The notes beneath the pieces were generated by a model. That model searched no databases, was not told the origin of the DNA, and saw only the letters and a list, made by a program, of their open reading frames with translations. From Scyliorhinus canicula (taxonomy: Eukaryota), in contig NW_024055490.1 in NCBI RefSeq assembly GCF_902713615.1, positions 591,262-655,261 on the forward strand: 64,000 bases of DNA. The letters are read 5' to 3'. Below, in pieces: positions 12,883 to 26,025 of the stretch; the stretch's first letter is position 1; every line of letters begins with the position of its first letter. A program made the translations under genes and the position numbers.

Positions 12883-13045
12883 ATGTTTCAACACACTGCG
12901 TATTTAACACAAATCTAATTTATTTGACTTTTAGCCAGAATATTAGCCCCTGTATATGGGCTGGAGTTTGTTATCAGCAGAAAGAGACCCAAATGACCAT
13001 GGTTCAGTCCTGAATGTGAGGAACAGCAAAACCCAATCATTATGG

Positions 13046-13993
13046 TTACTTGTGGCTTCGTTGGTGTCTCCGCAGGGAGGATGACTGAGTGAATCCCTTC
13101 CCACACTGGGAGCAGGCGAATGGCCTCTCTCCAGTGTGAATTCGCTGATGTACAGTGAGGTGAGATGAGTGTCTGAACCCAGTCCCGTAGTGAGAGCACC
13201 TAAACGGTTTCAAGTCAGTGTGAATACGTTGATGGCTCATTAGATTCCCAGAACTTTTGTCGCACTTCCCGCAGTCTGGACATTGAAACGGTCTCTCATC
13301 AGTGTGAACCCGCTGGTGTTTCAGCAGGTCAGATGACTTAGTAAATCCCTTCCCACACTGGGAGCAGGTGAACGGCCTCTCCCCAGTGTGAACTCGCTGG
13401 TGTATGGACAGAGTAGATGACTGAGTGAATCCTTTCCCACACTTGGAGCAGGTGAATGGTCTCTCCCCAGTGTGAACTCGCTGGTGCTGCTGCAGAGCGG
13501 ATGACTGAGTGAATCCCTTCCCACACGGTGCAGGCAAATAGCCTCTCCCAGTGTGAATTCGCTGATGCACAGTGAGGTTAGATGATTTTCTGAACCCAGT
13601 CCCACAGTGAGAACACCTGAACGGTCTCTCCTCAGTGTGAACACGTTGATGGTGCATCAGATTCCCAGAACTTTTATAGCACTTCTTGCAGTCTGGACAT
13701 TGGAACGGTCTCTCATCAGTGTGAACCCACTTGTGTGTCTGCAGGTGGGATGACCGAGTGAAACCCTTCCCACACTTGGAGCAGGTGAATGGTCTCTCCC
13801 CAGTGTGACTGCGTTGATGAGTTGCCAGCTGGGATGAGGAAGTGAATCCTTTCCCATAGTCCACACATTTCCACGGTTTCTCCTCCGTGTGACTGCATTT
13901 GTGGCTTGTGAGGCCTGATGATCGAGTGAATCCTCGTCCTCACACACATGTGTACGGTTTCTCCCCACTGTGAACGATGCTTTTTCCTTCCAT
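13046..13993 (-). pseudogene. C2H2 ZNF-B, probable pseudogene (paralog of ZNF-C)
   Basis: ATG at 13993 (MEGKSIVHSGEKPYTCV*), in-frame TGA at 13940-13942, compensating indels near 13530-13545, several C->Y/D finger lesions. Splice acceptor at 14102-14103. Confidence 0.8.
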
Positions 13994-16900
13994 GTTTAAA
14001 GTACGATGATATTCAGGATATGATAAATTGAGGACTCTGTCAGATCCTGATGTGATGCTTGGTTTGAGTTTCCGGACTTTGAAGCCTCCCTTTCGAACAC
14101 CCTGTGAAACTGATTAAAAAGAAAAAATAGAGAGTGAGAGAGAACCCACAAAAACACAAAGGCAGGTTGTGAAATTGAGCTGAATGAATCTGGTCATTTG
14201 TGGGGTCGGCTCTCGGACAAAGTGACCAAGAAAACTGCTGGATTGTCACAAAAACCCAACTGGCCTCTTTGGGAGGAGAGAGAAAGAGGTGAAGAAGGAT
14301 TTTGTATATCTACAAGACATATTAAGAGAGGAGTTGGCAAAGCAAATTCGATCTGAGCTTCATCAAGTGTAATATCGATAGTGGAACTATGCACCTGGTG
14401 GCACGGTGGTTAGCACTGCTGCCTCACGGCACCAGGGACTCGGGTTCAATTCCGGCCTTGGTGACTGTGTGGAGTTTGCACTTTCACCCCGTGTCTGCGT
14501 GGGTTTCCACCCGGTGCTCAGGTTTCCTCCAGCAGTCCAAAGAAGGGCAGGTTAGGTGGATTGGCCTTGATAAATTGTCCCTTAGTGTCCAGGGATGTCC
14601 AGGTTAGGTGGGGCTATGGGGTTACAGGGACAGGATAGGGGTGTGGGCCTAGGCAGGGTGCCCTTGCAGAGAATCAGTGCAGACTTGATGGGCCGAATGG
14701 CCTCCTTCTGCACTATAGGAATTCTATGGTTCTAATTCTATTCTGTGAATCTTTATAAAGCTCGGGTGTAGAAGTCAACTATTTCCTAACACACCTAATA
14801 GGTAAAAGATAGCTATTTAGGATCAATATTAAGCCCCAGTTTTACCCATTGAGGAAATGAAGAATTTCAACATTCTCATAACCTCAGGTCATCTCAAAAC
14901 ATCCAGCTGACAAAACAGCATACTTTTTACTGTCCTAACGGTTTTCCAGAGACCCAAAATTAATATCTTTACTGTCCTAATCATGTTCCGGAGTCACACA
15001 AATATTTTTTACTGTCCCAATGATTTTCTAGACACCCAGGTATGAATCTCACCAACGCAAAAGGTAAAATTTGAATTCATTGAAAGTTTACTGATGACCA
15101 TGAAGCCATTGCTGGTTGTTGTAAATATCCACCTGGTTCACTCCTGTCCTTCAGTGAAGGTATATCCATGATCTAGACGTTGGTGTACAGGGAACAATTT
15201 CAAAGTTTGCGGATGATACAAAACAAAAGTACTCAGTATCCTGGGATTTATTATTCTGCTGCACAGTGGTTAGCACCGCTGCCTCACAGCACCTGGGACC
15301 TGGGTTCAATACTAGCCTTGGGTGGCTGCCTGTGTGGAGTTTGCATGTTCTCCCGTGTCTGCATGAGTTTTCTCTGGGTGCTGCGGTTCCCAAAAATATC
15401 CATTGACCAGTCCTCTCTGTTTCCTATTACTCGGCCAATATTGTATCCATGTTGCTCCTGTTTCTTTTATTCCATGAACTATAGCTTTGCTCACAAGTCT
15501 TTTGAAAGTCCATGTACACCACATCTGCAGCATTACCCCCCCTCAGGGGCTGGTTTAGCTCACCAGGCTAAATCGCTGGCTTTTAAAGCAGACCAAGCAG
15601 GCCAGCAGCACGGTTCAATTCCCATACCAGCCGCGCCGGAATGTGGCGACTAGGGGCTTTTCACAGTAACTTCATTGAAGCCTACTTGTGCCAATAAGCG
15701 ATTTTCATTAACGCCTTTTGTTAGCTCCTCAAAAAACTCCAGCAAGTTAGTTAAACATTTTTAGAATTAACCTAAAGAAGGGTAAGTGCATGTTAGGGAG
15801 AAGGTTAATACTGTCAACATTCAGAACAACATAGACATTAAAGGAATAATTAATCTCAAAGACTATCTCTTGTAGTTTCTGTGACGGGGTTTGCTGACCC
15901 AAGTTTAAAGAACTTAAATGGTACATGTTTTTTAACTTAAATAATTCTACTTAAATCTGGATTGACTGGGAGGATTTGGATCAGTGTGACAGTATTTCAG
16001 AACCAGTGTTCAGTCTACTCAGCAGCAGCAGGCTAAATCTCTCCTCAAAACCCACATTGATATAGTGGATCAGAAGGCAGAAGGACCTATTTCATTAACA
16101 GACAGGTCAGTAACCGGGGGGTAGAGATTTAGTATCTATTGGAAGGATTAGAGGGGAATTGAAGATTTTCTTCACCCAGGAGTGAGGTGGGGGTCTGGAA
16201 CTCTGAAAGGGAGGTAGAGACAGAAACCCTCATCACATTTAAAGACACCCTGATGTGGAGTTTCTGTGACTTGCAGGGCAACAGACCAAGAGGCAGAAAG
16301 TGGACTGGATAAACCATTTTCAGCTAACACAGACACAATGAGTTGAATGGCCTCCTCTGTGCTGTAAATTTCTAGGATTCTGTGATGACAAGTGATCCTC
16401 GAGTTTTTATCCAAGACAGACCTCAGCCCAGTCAGTTCCGCCAAGTGTTGGTGTGATGGATCAAGTTAAGAGGTGTCAGGTACCAGGAGCAGTGATTAAA
16501 ATGGAAATATCAGTAAATCCTGCTATAGTTTATCTGTATGTGGTTCCATTTTAATAACTTCTCCTGAATGTGATCGTCACCCTGGTTTTCATTTGATTTG
16601 ATTTATTTCTAATAATCTTTATTGTCACAAGTTGGCTAACATTAACACTGCAATGACGTTACTGTGAAAAGCCTCTAATCCGCCACATTCCGGGCCTGTT
16701 TGGGTACACCGAGGGAGAATTCAGAATGTCCTAATTACCTAATTGCACGTCTTTCGGGGTTGTGGAGGAAACCAGAGCACCCGGAGGAAACCCACGCAGC
16801 ACAGGGAGAACGGGAAGACTCTGCAAAGACAGTGGCCCAAGTCAGGAATTGAACCTGGTGGTGTGAAGCAACAGTGCTCAGCACTGTGCTGCCCACACTG

Positions 16901-17079
16901 CTGGCCTTGCTTTGCATCATATAAAAATTGTCAATACATCTGGTTCAAAACAGAATTTCAGGTCTTAATGTCTTGTTTGATTTTACTTTGCTGTGTTTAA
17001 ATCCTCCCCTTGTAACCTCCTGTAAAAGGAGTTTCCAGAATCTATTACTGTCAGTCCTGCTGAGTGGACAGGGATCACC

Positions 17080-17620
17080 GCGCATGCGCCCTGCTGCACC
17101 ATATGAGGATGGTGGTGGTTAACTGGGGAAAGGCTTTGCAGGAAAACCTTCCCACTCGGTGCAAACTGGGGAGCAGTAATTTCTTGTTTTAGCTTTGAGG
17201 CCCCCACTGGGTGTGTGAAGCCTCCCCTCCCACCCACTGCCCCTAACGCTGCCTCCGCCTATCCGCCTCCTTCCCGCCTGAAGATGAGACAATCAAGCGT
17301 CTGTCCCTGGACATGAGCCGCACTGCGCATGCTCCACATCACAATGCCCTGGGGAGTGATTGACGGCAGGTCCAGACCAATAGGAAGAGGGGGCGTGACT
17401 GGAGGACCGAGCAGGAACGGCTGGTTCGCCAACCAATCAGAGTGAATAAGGGGCGGGGCTGATCGTGGACCTCCCTTATTGGCTGAGACTCCGCATAATT
17501 TTTTCTTCCTGTTGGCCACGTGAGGTGGGTTCCAGAATCTCATTTCCTGCGTGAGAGGTGTTGACCAATGGGAAGACTTGGAGGATCGGATGGACTCTGG
17601 TCCTCCAGCCAATCAGACTG
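17080..17620 (-). promoter_or_regulatory. CpG promoter-like module upstream of ZNF-B
   Basis: GC boxes, several CCAAT boxes, TGATTGAC, and NRF1-like GCGCATGCGC/GCGCATGCTC. Homologous to the modules at 25.9, 40.5 and 59.1 kb. Confidence 0.6.
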
Positions 17621-18467
17621 TGGGCTTTGAGTGATTGAAGATTGAGCTTCACACAGACTAAAACTTCTTCCTGAGTCAAACTTTTGAATAAAACAGTTTC
17701 TTTCCACTTCAATGGACTTTTTTTAAGAGTCCATTGACCCTTCTACAGAACTCTTACAACAAGGAACAACAAACGTTAACTCTGTTTCACTCGCCACAGA
17801 TGTGGCATGGTCGCACAGTGGTTAGCACTGCTACATCACAGCACCAGCGACCTGGGTTCAATTACAGCCTGGTGTGACTGTGGCATTTGCACGTTCTCCC
17901 TGTGTCTGTGTAGGTTCCCTCCGGGTGCTCCAGTTTTCTCCAAAGATGTGCAGGTTGGGTGGATTGACCATGCTAAATTGCCCGTTAGTGTCCAAAAAAA
18001 GGTTAGGTGGAGTTACTGGGTTACCGGGATAGAGTGGAGGCATGGTCTTAAATAGGGTGCTTTTCCAAGGGCCGATGCAGGCTCAATGGATGGAATGGCC
18101 TCCTTCTGCATTGTAAATTCTCTGGTTCTGGAGGATTTTCTCTCACAGTTTGATCCGATGTGTCTGTCTGCTGGTATTTTCCGGCAGTAGCAAAGTGGTT
18201 AGCACTGTTGCTTCACAGCGCCAGGATTCTGAGTTAAATTTGCGTTGGGTCTGCACGTCCATCCTCGTCTGTGTGGGTTTCCTCCAGGTGCTCCGGTTTC
18301 CTCCCACAAGTCCAGAAAGATGTGCTTGTTAGGTAATGTGGACATTTTGAATTCTCTCTCCGTGTACCCGAACCGGCACCGGATTGTGGCGACTAGGGGC
18401 TTTTCACGGTAACTTCATTGCACTGTTAATGTCAGCCTACTTGTGACAATAACAAAGAATATTATTA

Positions 18468-19560
18468 ATACGTGTTTGGGTATTTTAGAGAGCAGCTAGA
18501 CCCTCCTTGGTTCTACCTGTTATCCCCTCAGCTATTCCATCTGTTTTGGTTAATGTGTCTGGACTCTGAGTTCTTCCAGTCTGTCTCCAATTCTCCTTCC
18601 TGTCTCGTGTACAGGGCCGGCTCAAGGCACCGGCAACTCGGGCAGTCGCCCGGGGCGCCATGTGCTAGGGGGCGCCAGACTCGGGTCCCGCGCATGCGCA
18701 GTTGGGCCGGTGCCAACCAGCTCATGCGCGGTGGCCGCCCTCCCCCAGGGCGGCCCCGCCCCCCCGCCAGTCCGCCCCCCACCTCGGGTCCGCCCCCCGC
18801 CCCGCCCTCGGGTCCGCCCCCGCCCCGCCCTCGGGTCCGCCCCGCCCTCGGGTCCGCCCCCCGCCCCGCCCTCGGGTCCGCCCCGCCCTCGGGTCCGCCC
18901 CCCCGCCCCGCCCTCGGGTCCGCCCCGCCCCGCCCTCGGGTCCGCCCCCCGCCCCCTCGGGACCGCCCCCCCTCGGGTCCCGCCCCCCCCCGGGTCCGCC
19001 CCCCCAGGCCCCCATTCGGGTCCGCCCCCCCTCGGGTCCGCCCCCCTCGGGTCCGCCCCCCCCCCCGTCCCCCCTCGGGTCCGCCCCCCCGCCCCCTCCT
19101 CGGGTCCTCCCCCCCGCCCCCTCCTCGGGTCCTCCCCCCCCCATGCCTCCCCCTCGGGTCCGCCCCCCCGCCCCTCCTCGGCCCCGCCCCTCCTCGGCCC
19201 CACCCCCCCGCCCCTCCTCGGCCCCTCCCCTCCTCGGCCCCCCCCAATGCCCCCCCATGGCCCCGCCCCTCCTCGCCCCCCCCCATGCCCCCCCCCCATG
19301 CCCCCCCCCCCCAAGGGCGCCGAAGTTCAGCTTGCCCGGGGCGCCAGCAACCCTAGGGCCGGCGCTGCTCGTGTATATGGGTCCAGGTAGCTTGGTGTTG
19401 TCATTTGTGTTGTCTAGTTGTCTGTCTGACGCCAGCAGGTAGTGTTGTCTCTCGATAATGACTGTGCTGCTACCCTTGTCTTCTGGTTTTATGAACATAT
19501 CCGTGTTGGATCCAAGCCCACGAATTGTCTGCCTTTCTCTCTGGGTAAGATTCTGTTTGT
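18468..19560 (-). mobile_element. Penelope-like RT fragment, interrupted by MITE
   Basis: Minus-strand KPEDKGSSTVIIERQHYLLASDRQLDN and, after the MITE, a frameshifted PRRV*LLSKIPK resembling the PLE motifs KPADKG and YLLPKIHK. Confidence 0.6.
18612..19367 (+). mobile_element. hAT-type MITE with internal GC-rich minisatellite
   Basis: Imperfect TIRs CAGGGCCGGC / GCCGGCGCTG; perfect 8-bp TSD CTCGTGTA (18604-18611 and 19368-19375); internal repeats of ccccgccctcgggtccg. Confidence 0.9.
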
Positions 19561-19605
19561 CTCTTGTATTTCACTGTGACAGGGCAAAGACCTGATTGAA
19601 GGGAT

Positions 19606-20110
19606 TCAAACATGGGAGTTCTGGGAAAGATGGGCAAGGATTTGGGAGGTGACAACATGTTCAAAGAATTTGGAGAGGAGAGGGAGGTTGAAGATGGGGC
19701 AGTAATTTGTAAGGATGGCAGGGTCAAGGGTTTGTTTTATTGAGGAGGGGGTGATGATGGCAGATTTGAAGGACAGAGGGATAGTACCTGGAGAGAGAGA
19801 AATATTGACAATATCCGTGGACACAGGGTAGTTGGCTGATCAGTAGCTTAGTGGGAATAGGGTCGATGGAGCAGGAGCTGGGTCTCATGGACAAGATGAG
19901 CTCGGAGAGGGCATGAGGGGAGATGGGAGAGAAAGTAGTGAAAGATGTGAGTTCAGGACTCGGGAAAGGATTACTTTTGAGACAGTTTGGTCCGGTGGGC
20001 TCGTGGAAGGGAGGGAAGCAGCAGAGGCAGTTGATCGGATTTACTCGATCTCAGTCACAAAGAAGCTCCACACGCTCCTCACACTTCTTGCTGGAGGTGA
20101 GGATGGAAGA
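19606..20110 (-). mobile_element. L2/CR1-group LINE RT fragment
   Basis: SFKSAIITP..KQTLDPAILTNYCPIFNLPLLSKFFEHVVTSQI matches the L2-type NYRPISNLPFLSK motif. Confidence 0.7.
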
Positions 20111-20329
20111 GACAGGGGAGAGCGAGAGAACTTCAAAAGGAACTAACTTGTGTCAGAATAATTAAAAAGTTTCAACACACTGCGTATTTAACACAAATCT
20201 AATTTATTTGACTTTTAGGCAGAATATTAGCCCCTGTAAATGGGCTGGAGTTTGTTATCAGCAGAAAGAGACCCAAATGAACATGGTTCAGTTCTGAATG
20301 TGAAGAACAGCAAAATCCAATCACTGTGG

Positions 20330-21535
20330 TTACTTGTGGCCTCGTTGGTGTTTCAGCAGGTTGAAAGACTGAGTGAATCCCTTCCCAAACTTGGAGCAGG
20401 TGAACGGCCTATACCTTGCGTGAATTCGCTGGTGCATTTGCATGTTGGATAACTGAGTGAATCCCTTCCCACACTTGGAGCAGGTGAATGGCCTCTCCCC
20501 AGTGTGAATTCGCTGATGTGCAGTGAGGTCAGACGATCGCCTGAACCCAGTCCCGCAGTGAGAGCACCTGAATGGTCTCTCGTCAGTGTGAACACGTTGA
20601 TGGCTCATCAGTTCCCCAGAACTTTTATAGCACTTCCCGCATTCTGGACATTGAAACGGTCTCTCATCAGTGTGAACTCGCTGGTGACTCAGCAGGTTGG
20701 ATGACCGAGTGAATCCTTTCCCACACTGGGAGCAGGTGAATGGCCTCTCCCCAGTGTGAACTCGCTGATGTTCAGTGAGGTCAGACGATCGCCTAAACCC
20801 AGTCCCGCAGTGAGAGCACCTGAATGGTCTCTCGTCAGTGTGAACACGTTGATGGAGCATCAGTTCCCCAGAACTTTTATAGCACTTCCCGCAGTCTGGA
20901 CATTGAAACGGTCTCTCATCAGTGTGAACTCGCTGGTGATTCAGCAGGTTGGATGACTGAGTGAATCCTTTCCCACACTGGGAGCAGGTGAATGGTCTCT
21001 CCCCAGTGTGAATTCGCTGATGTTCAGTGAGGTCAGATGATCGTCTGAACCCAGTCCCGCATTGAGAGCACCTGAACGGTTTCTCATCAGTGTGAACACG
21101 TTGATGGCGAATCAGATCCCCAGGACTTTTATAGCTCTTCACACAGTCTGGACATTGGTACGGTCTCTTATCAGTGTGAACCCGCTGGTGACTCAGCAGG
21201 TGGGATGAAATAGTAAATCCCTTCCCACACTCTGAGCAGGTGAATGGTCTCTCCCCAGTGTGAACTCGCTGGTGTCTCAGCAGGTGGGATGAATTAGTAA
21301 ATCCCTTCCCACACTTGGAGCAGGTGAATGGTCTCTCCCCAGTGTGACTGCGTCGATGAGTTTCCAGCAGGGATGGGTAAGTGAATCCTTTCCCACAGTC
21401 CGCACATTTCCAGGGTTTCTCCTCGCTGTGACTGCATTTATGGCTTGTGAGGCCTGATGATCGAGCGAATCCTCGTCCACACACACAACACGTGTACGGT
21501 TTCCCCGCACTGTGAAAAATGCTTTCATGTTCCAT
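20330..21535 (-). CDS. C2H2 zinc-finger protein ZNF-C, 401 aa, 13 fingers + 1 degenerate, intact ORF
   Basis: Uninterrupted ATG-to-stop ORF with canonical linkers. Upstream splice acceptor tttcacag at about 21630. Confidence 0.88.
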   Translation of the reverse strand: MEHESIFHSAGKPYTCCVCGRGFARSSGLTSHKCSHSEEKPWKCADCGKGFTYPSLLETHRRSHTGERPFTCSKCGKGFTNSSHLLRHQRVHTGERPFTCSECGKGFTISSHLLSHQRVHTDKRPYQCPDCVKSYKSPGDLIRHQRVHTDEKPFRCSQCGTGFRRSSDLTEHQRIHTGERPFTCSQCGKGFTQSSNLLNHQRVHTDERPFQCPDCGKCYKSSGELMLHQRVHTDERPFRCSHCGTGFRRSSDLTEHQRVHTGERPFTCSQCGKGFTRSSNLLSHQRVHTDERPFQCPECGKCYKSSGELMSHQRVHTDERPFRCSHCGTGFRRSSDLTAHQRIHTGERPFTCSKCGKGFTQLSNMQMHQRIHARYRPFTCSKFGKGFTQSFNLLKHQRGHK

Positions 21536-22289
21536 GATATTCCGGATATGATAAATTGAAGTCTCTGTCAGATCCTGATGTTATGCTTAGTTTGAGTTTC
21601 CGGACTTTGAAGCCTCCCCTTCGAACACCCTGTGAAACTGATTTAAAACAGAAAATAGGGAGTGAGAGAGAACCCACAAAAACACAAAGGCAGGTTGTGA
21701 AATTGAGCTGAATGAATCTGGCCATTTGTGGGGCCGACACTGGGAAAAAGTGACCATGAAAACTGCTGGATTGTCATAAAAACCCAACTGGCCTCTTTGG
21801 GAGGAGAGAGAAAGAGGTGAAGAGGGATTTTGTATATCTACAAGCCAGATTAAAGAGAATAGATGGCAAAGCAAATTCGATCTTGAGCTTCATGGACAGT
21901 AATATTGATGCCAAAACTATGCTTCTGGTGGCACGTGGTTAGCACTGTTGCCTCACAGTGCCAGGGACCTGGGTTAAATTCCGGCCTTGATGACTGTGTG
22001 GAATTTGCACTTTCTCCCCATGTCTGCGTGGGTTTCCACCCGGTGCTCAGGTTTCCTCCAACAGTCCAAAGAAGGGCAAGTTAGGTGGATTGACCTTGAT
22101 AAATTGCCCCTTAGTGTCCAGGGATGTGCAGGTTAGGTTGTGCTGTGGGGTTACAGGGACAGGGTAGTGGTGTGGGTCTAGACAGGCTGCCCGTCCAGAG
22201 AGTCGGTGTAGACTCGATGGGCTGAATGGCCTCCTTCTGCACTGTAGGAATTCTATGGTTCTAATTCTATTCAATGAATCTTTCTAAAG

Positions 22290-22870
22290 CTCTGGTCACC
22301 ACTCTTCAGGAAGAATGTGAAGGTTCTTGGAGAAGGGGCAGAAAATTGCCAGAATGGTTCCAACAAAGGAGGTTGAGGGGAGATTTGATTCAGGTCCACA
22401 AGATTACGCGAGGTTTCCATCGGGTGGACAAAGAAACTCTGTTTCCATTCACTGATCGTACGAGCACTAGGTAGACAGATTTAAAGTTTTGGGTAAAAGC
22501 TGGATTGATCTATATAAGATCCTGAGGGGTCTTGACAAGTTTGATGTGGAGAGGATGTTTCCTCTTGTGGGAGAATCGAGAACGAGGGTATCACTGTTGC
22601 AAAATAAGGAGTCACCCATTTCAGATGGAGATGAGGATTTTTTATTCTCGAGGGTTGTAAAACTTTGGAAATCACGTCCTTAAAAGGCAGTAGGAGCAGA
22701 GTCCTTGAATCTTTTTAAGGCAGAACTGGATAGATTCTTGATGAGCAAGGGGGTGAAAGGTCATCAGGGGTAGGCAGGAATGTGGAACTGAGGTTAGAAT
22801 GAGGTCAGCCGCAATCTTATTGAATGCTGAGTAGGCTCGAGGGGCCGAGTGGCCTGATCCTAGTTTGTAT
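22290..22870 (+). mobile_element. CR1 3' fragments
   Basis: RLRGDLIQVHKITRG and YKILRGLDKFDVERMFPLVGESRTR peptides plus the CR1 tail. Confidence 0.7.
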
Positions 22871-23289
22871 GTAAAAGGTACAGGAGATATGAGGTGATAT
22901 GAGATATATGTTTTTACACAGCGAGCGGCAATGACCTGAAACTTGCTGCCTAGGAGGGAGTTTGAAAACAGACACAATGAATGATTTGATTTGTAAAGGA
23001 AATTGGATTTGAGGGAAATAAACCTGCAAGAATAAAGGGATAGAGCAGGAGAATGGCACTGACTGGATTGCTCCAGTGAGCTAGCATGGATTCAATGGGC
23101 CGCATGCCATTCTCTGTGCCATCATGTCTCTGACTCGTTTGTGTCATCTAGTTTTGTAATTTAACCCCAGAGGGTTCAGATATCACTCAGGTAAATCTGT
23201 GCTACACTCCCTCCGAGGCCATTCTATCCTTCCTCAGGCTTGTTGCCTGGAACTGAACACAGTTCTCCAGGTTTGGTCTAACCAGGGTT

Positions 23290-23480
23290 TGTGAATCTCG
23301 GGGCTTTTCCAGTCACACTGAGACCTGAAATCTTCCCTCACAGACAGAACAGACAAACCTTTTACCTTCCACACCCAGATGCTGCTGAAATTCAGTTTCT
23401 AATGAATCGAGTGACTCTGTCAGATCACGATGTGACGTTTGGTTTGCGTTTCCCGTCTGTTAAACCTCCTCTTCCAGTAT
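23290..23480 (-). pseudogene. Truncated ZNF exon remnant
   Basis: Minus strand reads VEGKRFVCSVCEGRFQVSV*LEKPRDS, homologous to the degenerate first finger upstream of ZNF-A and ZNF-F. Confidence 0.6.
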
Positions 23481-25599
23481 CCTATAAATTTACAGAAACC
23501 TCACTGTCAGTTTAGGATAGAAATTCACAACATTCTCTCCTCGCCAACTTTGATTAAATGTATTCCTGGAGGTTTGATCACATGACCTGTCCCCATCCTC
23601 CAGCCATTAATCGGTCAACACATCCATCCTTGTGACACACTGCCTTCCTCGGCCAATTGGGAAGCAAAAGGACTCATTACCTTACAGGACAGTGATTGAC
23701 TGTCAGCCAATCAACCTTTATCCCATTTTCAATATCTGAAGAGAAATATTCAAAAATCTTCTTTACTGTCCCAATGATTTTCTCGACACCCAGGTATGAA
23801 TCTCACCAAGGCAGAAGGTAAAATTTGATTTCATTCAAAGTTTACTGATGACAATGGAACCATTGTCGATTGTTGCAAAGACCCATCAGGTTCACTCCTG
23901 TCCTTCAGTGAAGGAAATCTTCTATCCACACCTGGTCTGGCCTACATGTGATTCCAGATCCACAGTCAGCTGGTTGACTCTTAAAATGCTCTGAGATGCA
24001 CTCAGTTCAAGGGCAATTAGGGATGGGCAGTGAATGCTGGCCCAGCCAGCGACACCCACATCCCGGGAATGAACAGAAAAGAAAATCTGCCATCCTTACC
24101 TGGTCTGGCCGACATGATTCCAAACCATAGCAATGTGGTTGACTCTTTAAATGCCCTCCGAGATGGCCAAGCCAGCCACTCGGTTTGAGGGAAATTAGGG
24201 ATGGGCAATAAATGTTGGCCCAGCCAGTGACTCCCACAAATGAATAAAATACAATCCTGGAGACTCCAGTCAGTCAATCCGGGCTAATTGGCATCCGGTC
24301 CAGACTCGCAGCGCATAATAATAATAATAATCATGTATTGTCACAAGTAGGCTTCAATGAAGTTACTGTGCAAAGCCCCTAGTCACCACATTCCAGCACC
24401 TGTTCAGGGAGGCTGGTACGGGAATTGAACACGCGCTGCTGGCTCTGTTCACATTACAAGCCAGCTGTCTTAGCCCACTGTGCTAAACCAGCCCCTTCCC
24501 TGCGGCGCATTGTCCTCTGTAAAGATGGCGGCTGGTAACCCGGGTCTGTTACCGCTCAGCTCTCACTCTGTTCAGTGCCGTCTCAGAAATTTTTTTTTAA
24601 ACCATTAACATTTTATTCGGGGGTTGAAGCCTCCCGGCTCACTCTGCAGCTTCTATTGCTCCCCGGCAATTGATTCTTGGAGGAGACTTCAATTGTGTTC
24701 TGGGCCCTAAATGGACTGGTCCAAGCTGATTCAACCACAACAAAAACATGAAAAAGGAATGAAACCAGACGGACCACCCAGCATCGACCCAGGCACCAGA
24801 AACAACAACGGCAAACCCAGCAAAAGATTTTTAGAAACTGTTTCCATCAGTAGATTGTATAAGGATTACGGGACACAGATTTAAGATTGTGAACAAGAGC
24901 TACAGGGGAGATAGGAGGTAGACATTTTATACAGTGAGTGATAATGATCTGAACTCAATGCTTACACACAAAGGTTGATAATCTCCAGGTCCCGGTAACT
25001 CAAACAGTGGTGTTAGAATTTGATGTGAGGATTGGTTGTGAGTTTCCTGTCTGCGAATCTCTTTCTAAGCCCCTGTGAAAGAAGTTTACAAAGGCATCAC
25101 TGTCAGTCCAGAAATAAAATTCAGGAAAGATAAATATTTCTCCCGGTTTGAATTTGCTGTGTGTAAATCCTCACCTACTAATCCCCTGTAAAAGGAGTTT
25201 ACAAAATTAATCACTGTTAGTCCAGGATAGAAATTTACAACATTCTCCCCTCCTGCTTATGGGTCCAGGATGACCGCTCATACCCCCCGCTGCGCACTGA
25301 CCCTCGTTATCATCAGCAGTCCCTCGATTTGTGGGTGACGTCTACTACTCAGGGTTGTGAATTTCTATCCTGGGTCTTCATGTGACTGAACAGAGCCGCA
25401 GAGCTTTGGACACATGGGACAGGATTTCTCATAAGACAATGGAATCTGGAGAGCAGGATTGGCTTCCTTTTCTTTCCATCTCTGCCACCGTTTTGCATCA
25501 TCAATAAGACATTGGGACTCAAAGACTAATCCAGTTTGATGGACAAGTTGTCTCCATTCTGAACAATGGGGAACAAGCTCCTCCCACTCATTGAAACAT

Positions 25600-26025
25600 C
25601 GCCCCGACAAAGATGAGAAACGCGCATGCGCCCTGATGCACATCTAAGAAAGATGGCGCCCGTTAACCCGAACTGAAATGAGGAGCTGCAGCTCCGCTCT
25701 GTACAAAGGGGGTCCTGGAAACTGTTTTCCGAGGATTGCAGCTTACAACAGCTTGACACAACGTTTCCGCCCACCCCCGCGATCTCTCGCTGCCTCCATA
25801 TTGTTAAACGCCTGTTAACAATTTCGAATCTGAACAACACGTTCGTCTCCTTCGCCAATACCCACACTGCGCATGCGGGCAGCGGGCCCCGCACCACATT
25901 CATTCCGATTGGTTGGACGACCAGCCGCTCCCGGTCGGGCCTCTACTCCCGCCCCTCATCTTCCTATTGGTCGAGAGCTGCCGTCAATCACCCGGGCATT
26001 GTGACGCTTCCAGATGGTGAGAGCG
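25600..26025. promoter_or_regulatory. CpG promoter-like region (possibly bidirectional)
   Basis: GCGCATGCGC at 25622, YY1-like AAGATGGCG at 25650, CCAAT/GC-box/GTCAATCA module at 25885-26004, GT donor-like gtgaga at 26017. Confidence 0.6.

Noticed and set aside
18472-19498. Six long overlapping Pro/Gly/Arg-rich ORFs
   Set aside because: Artefacts of the stop-free GC-rich minisatellite inside the hAT MITE; the same applies to 43055-43661.
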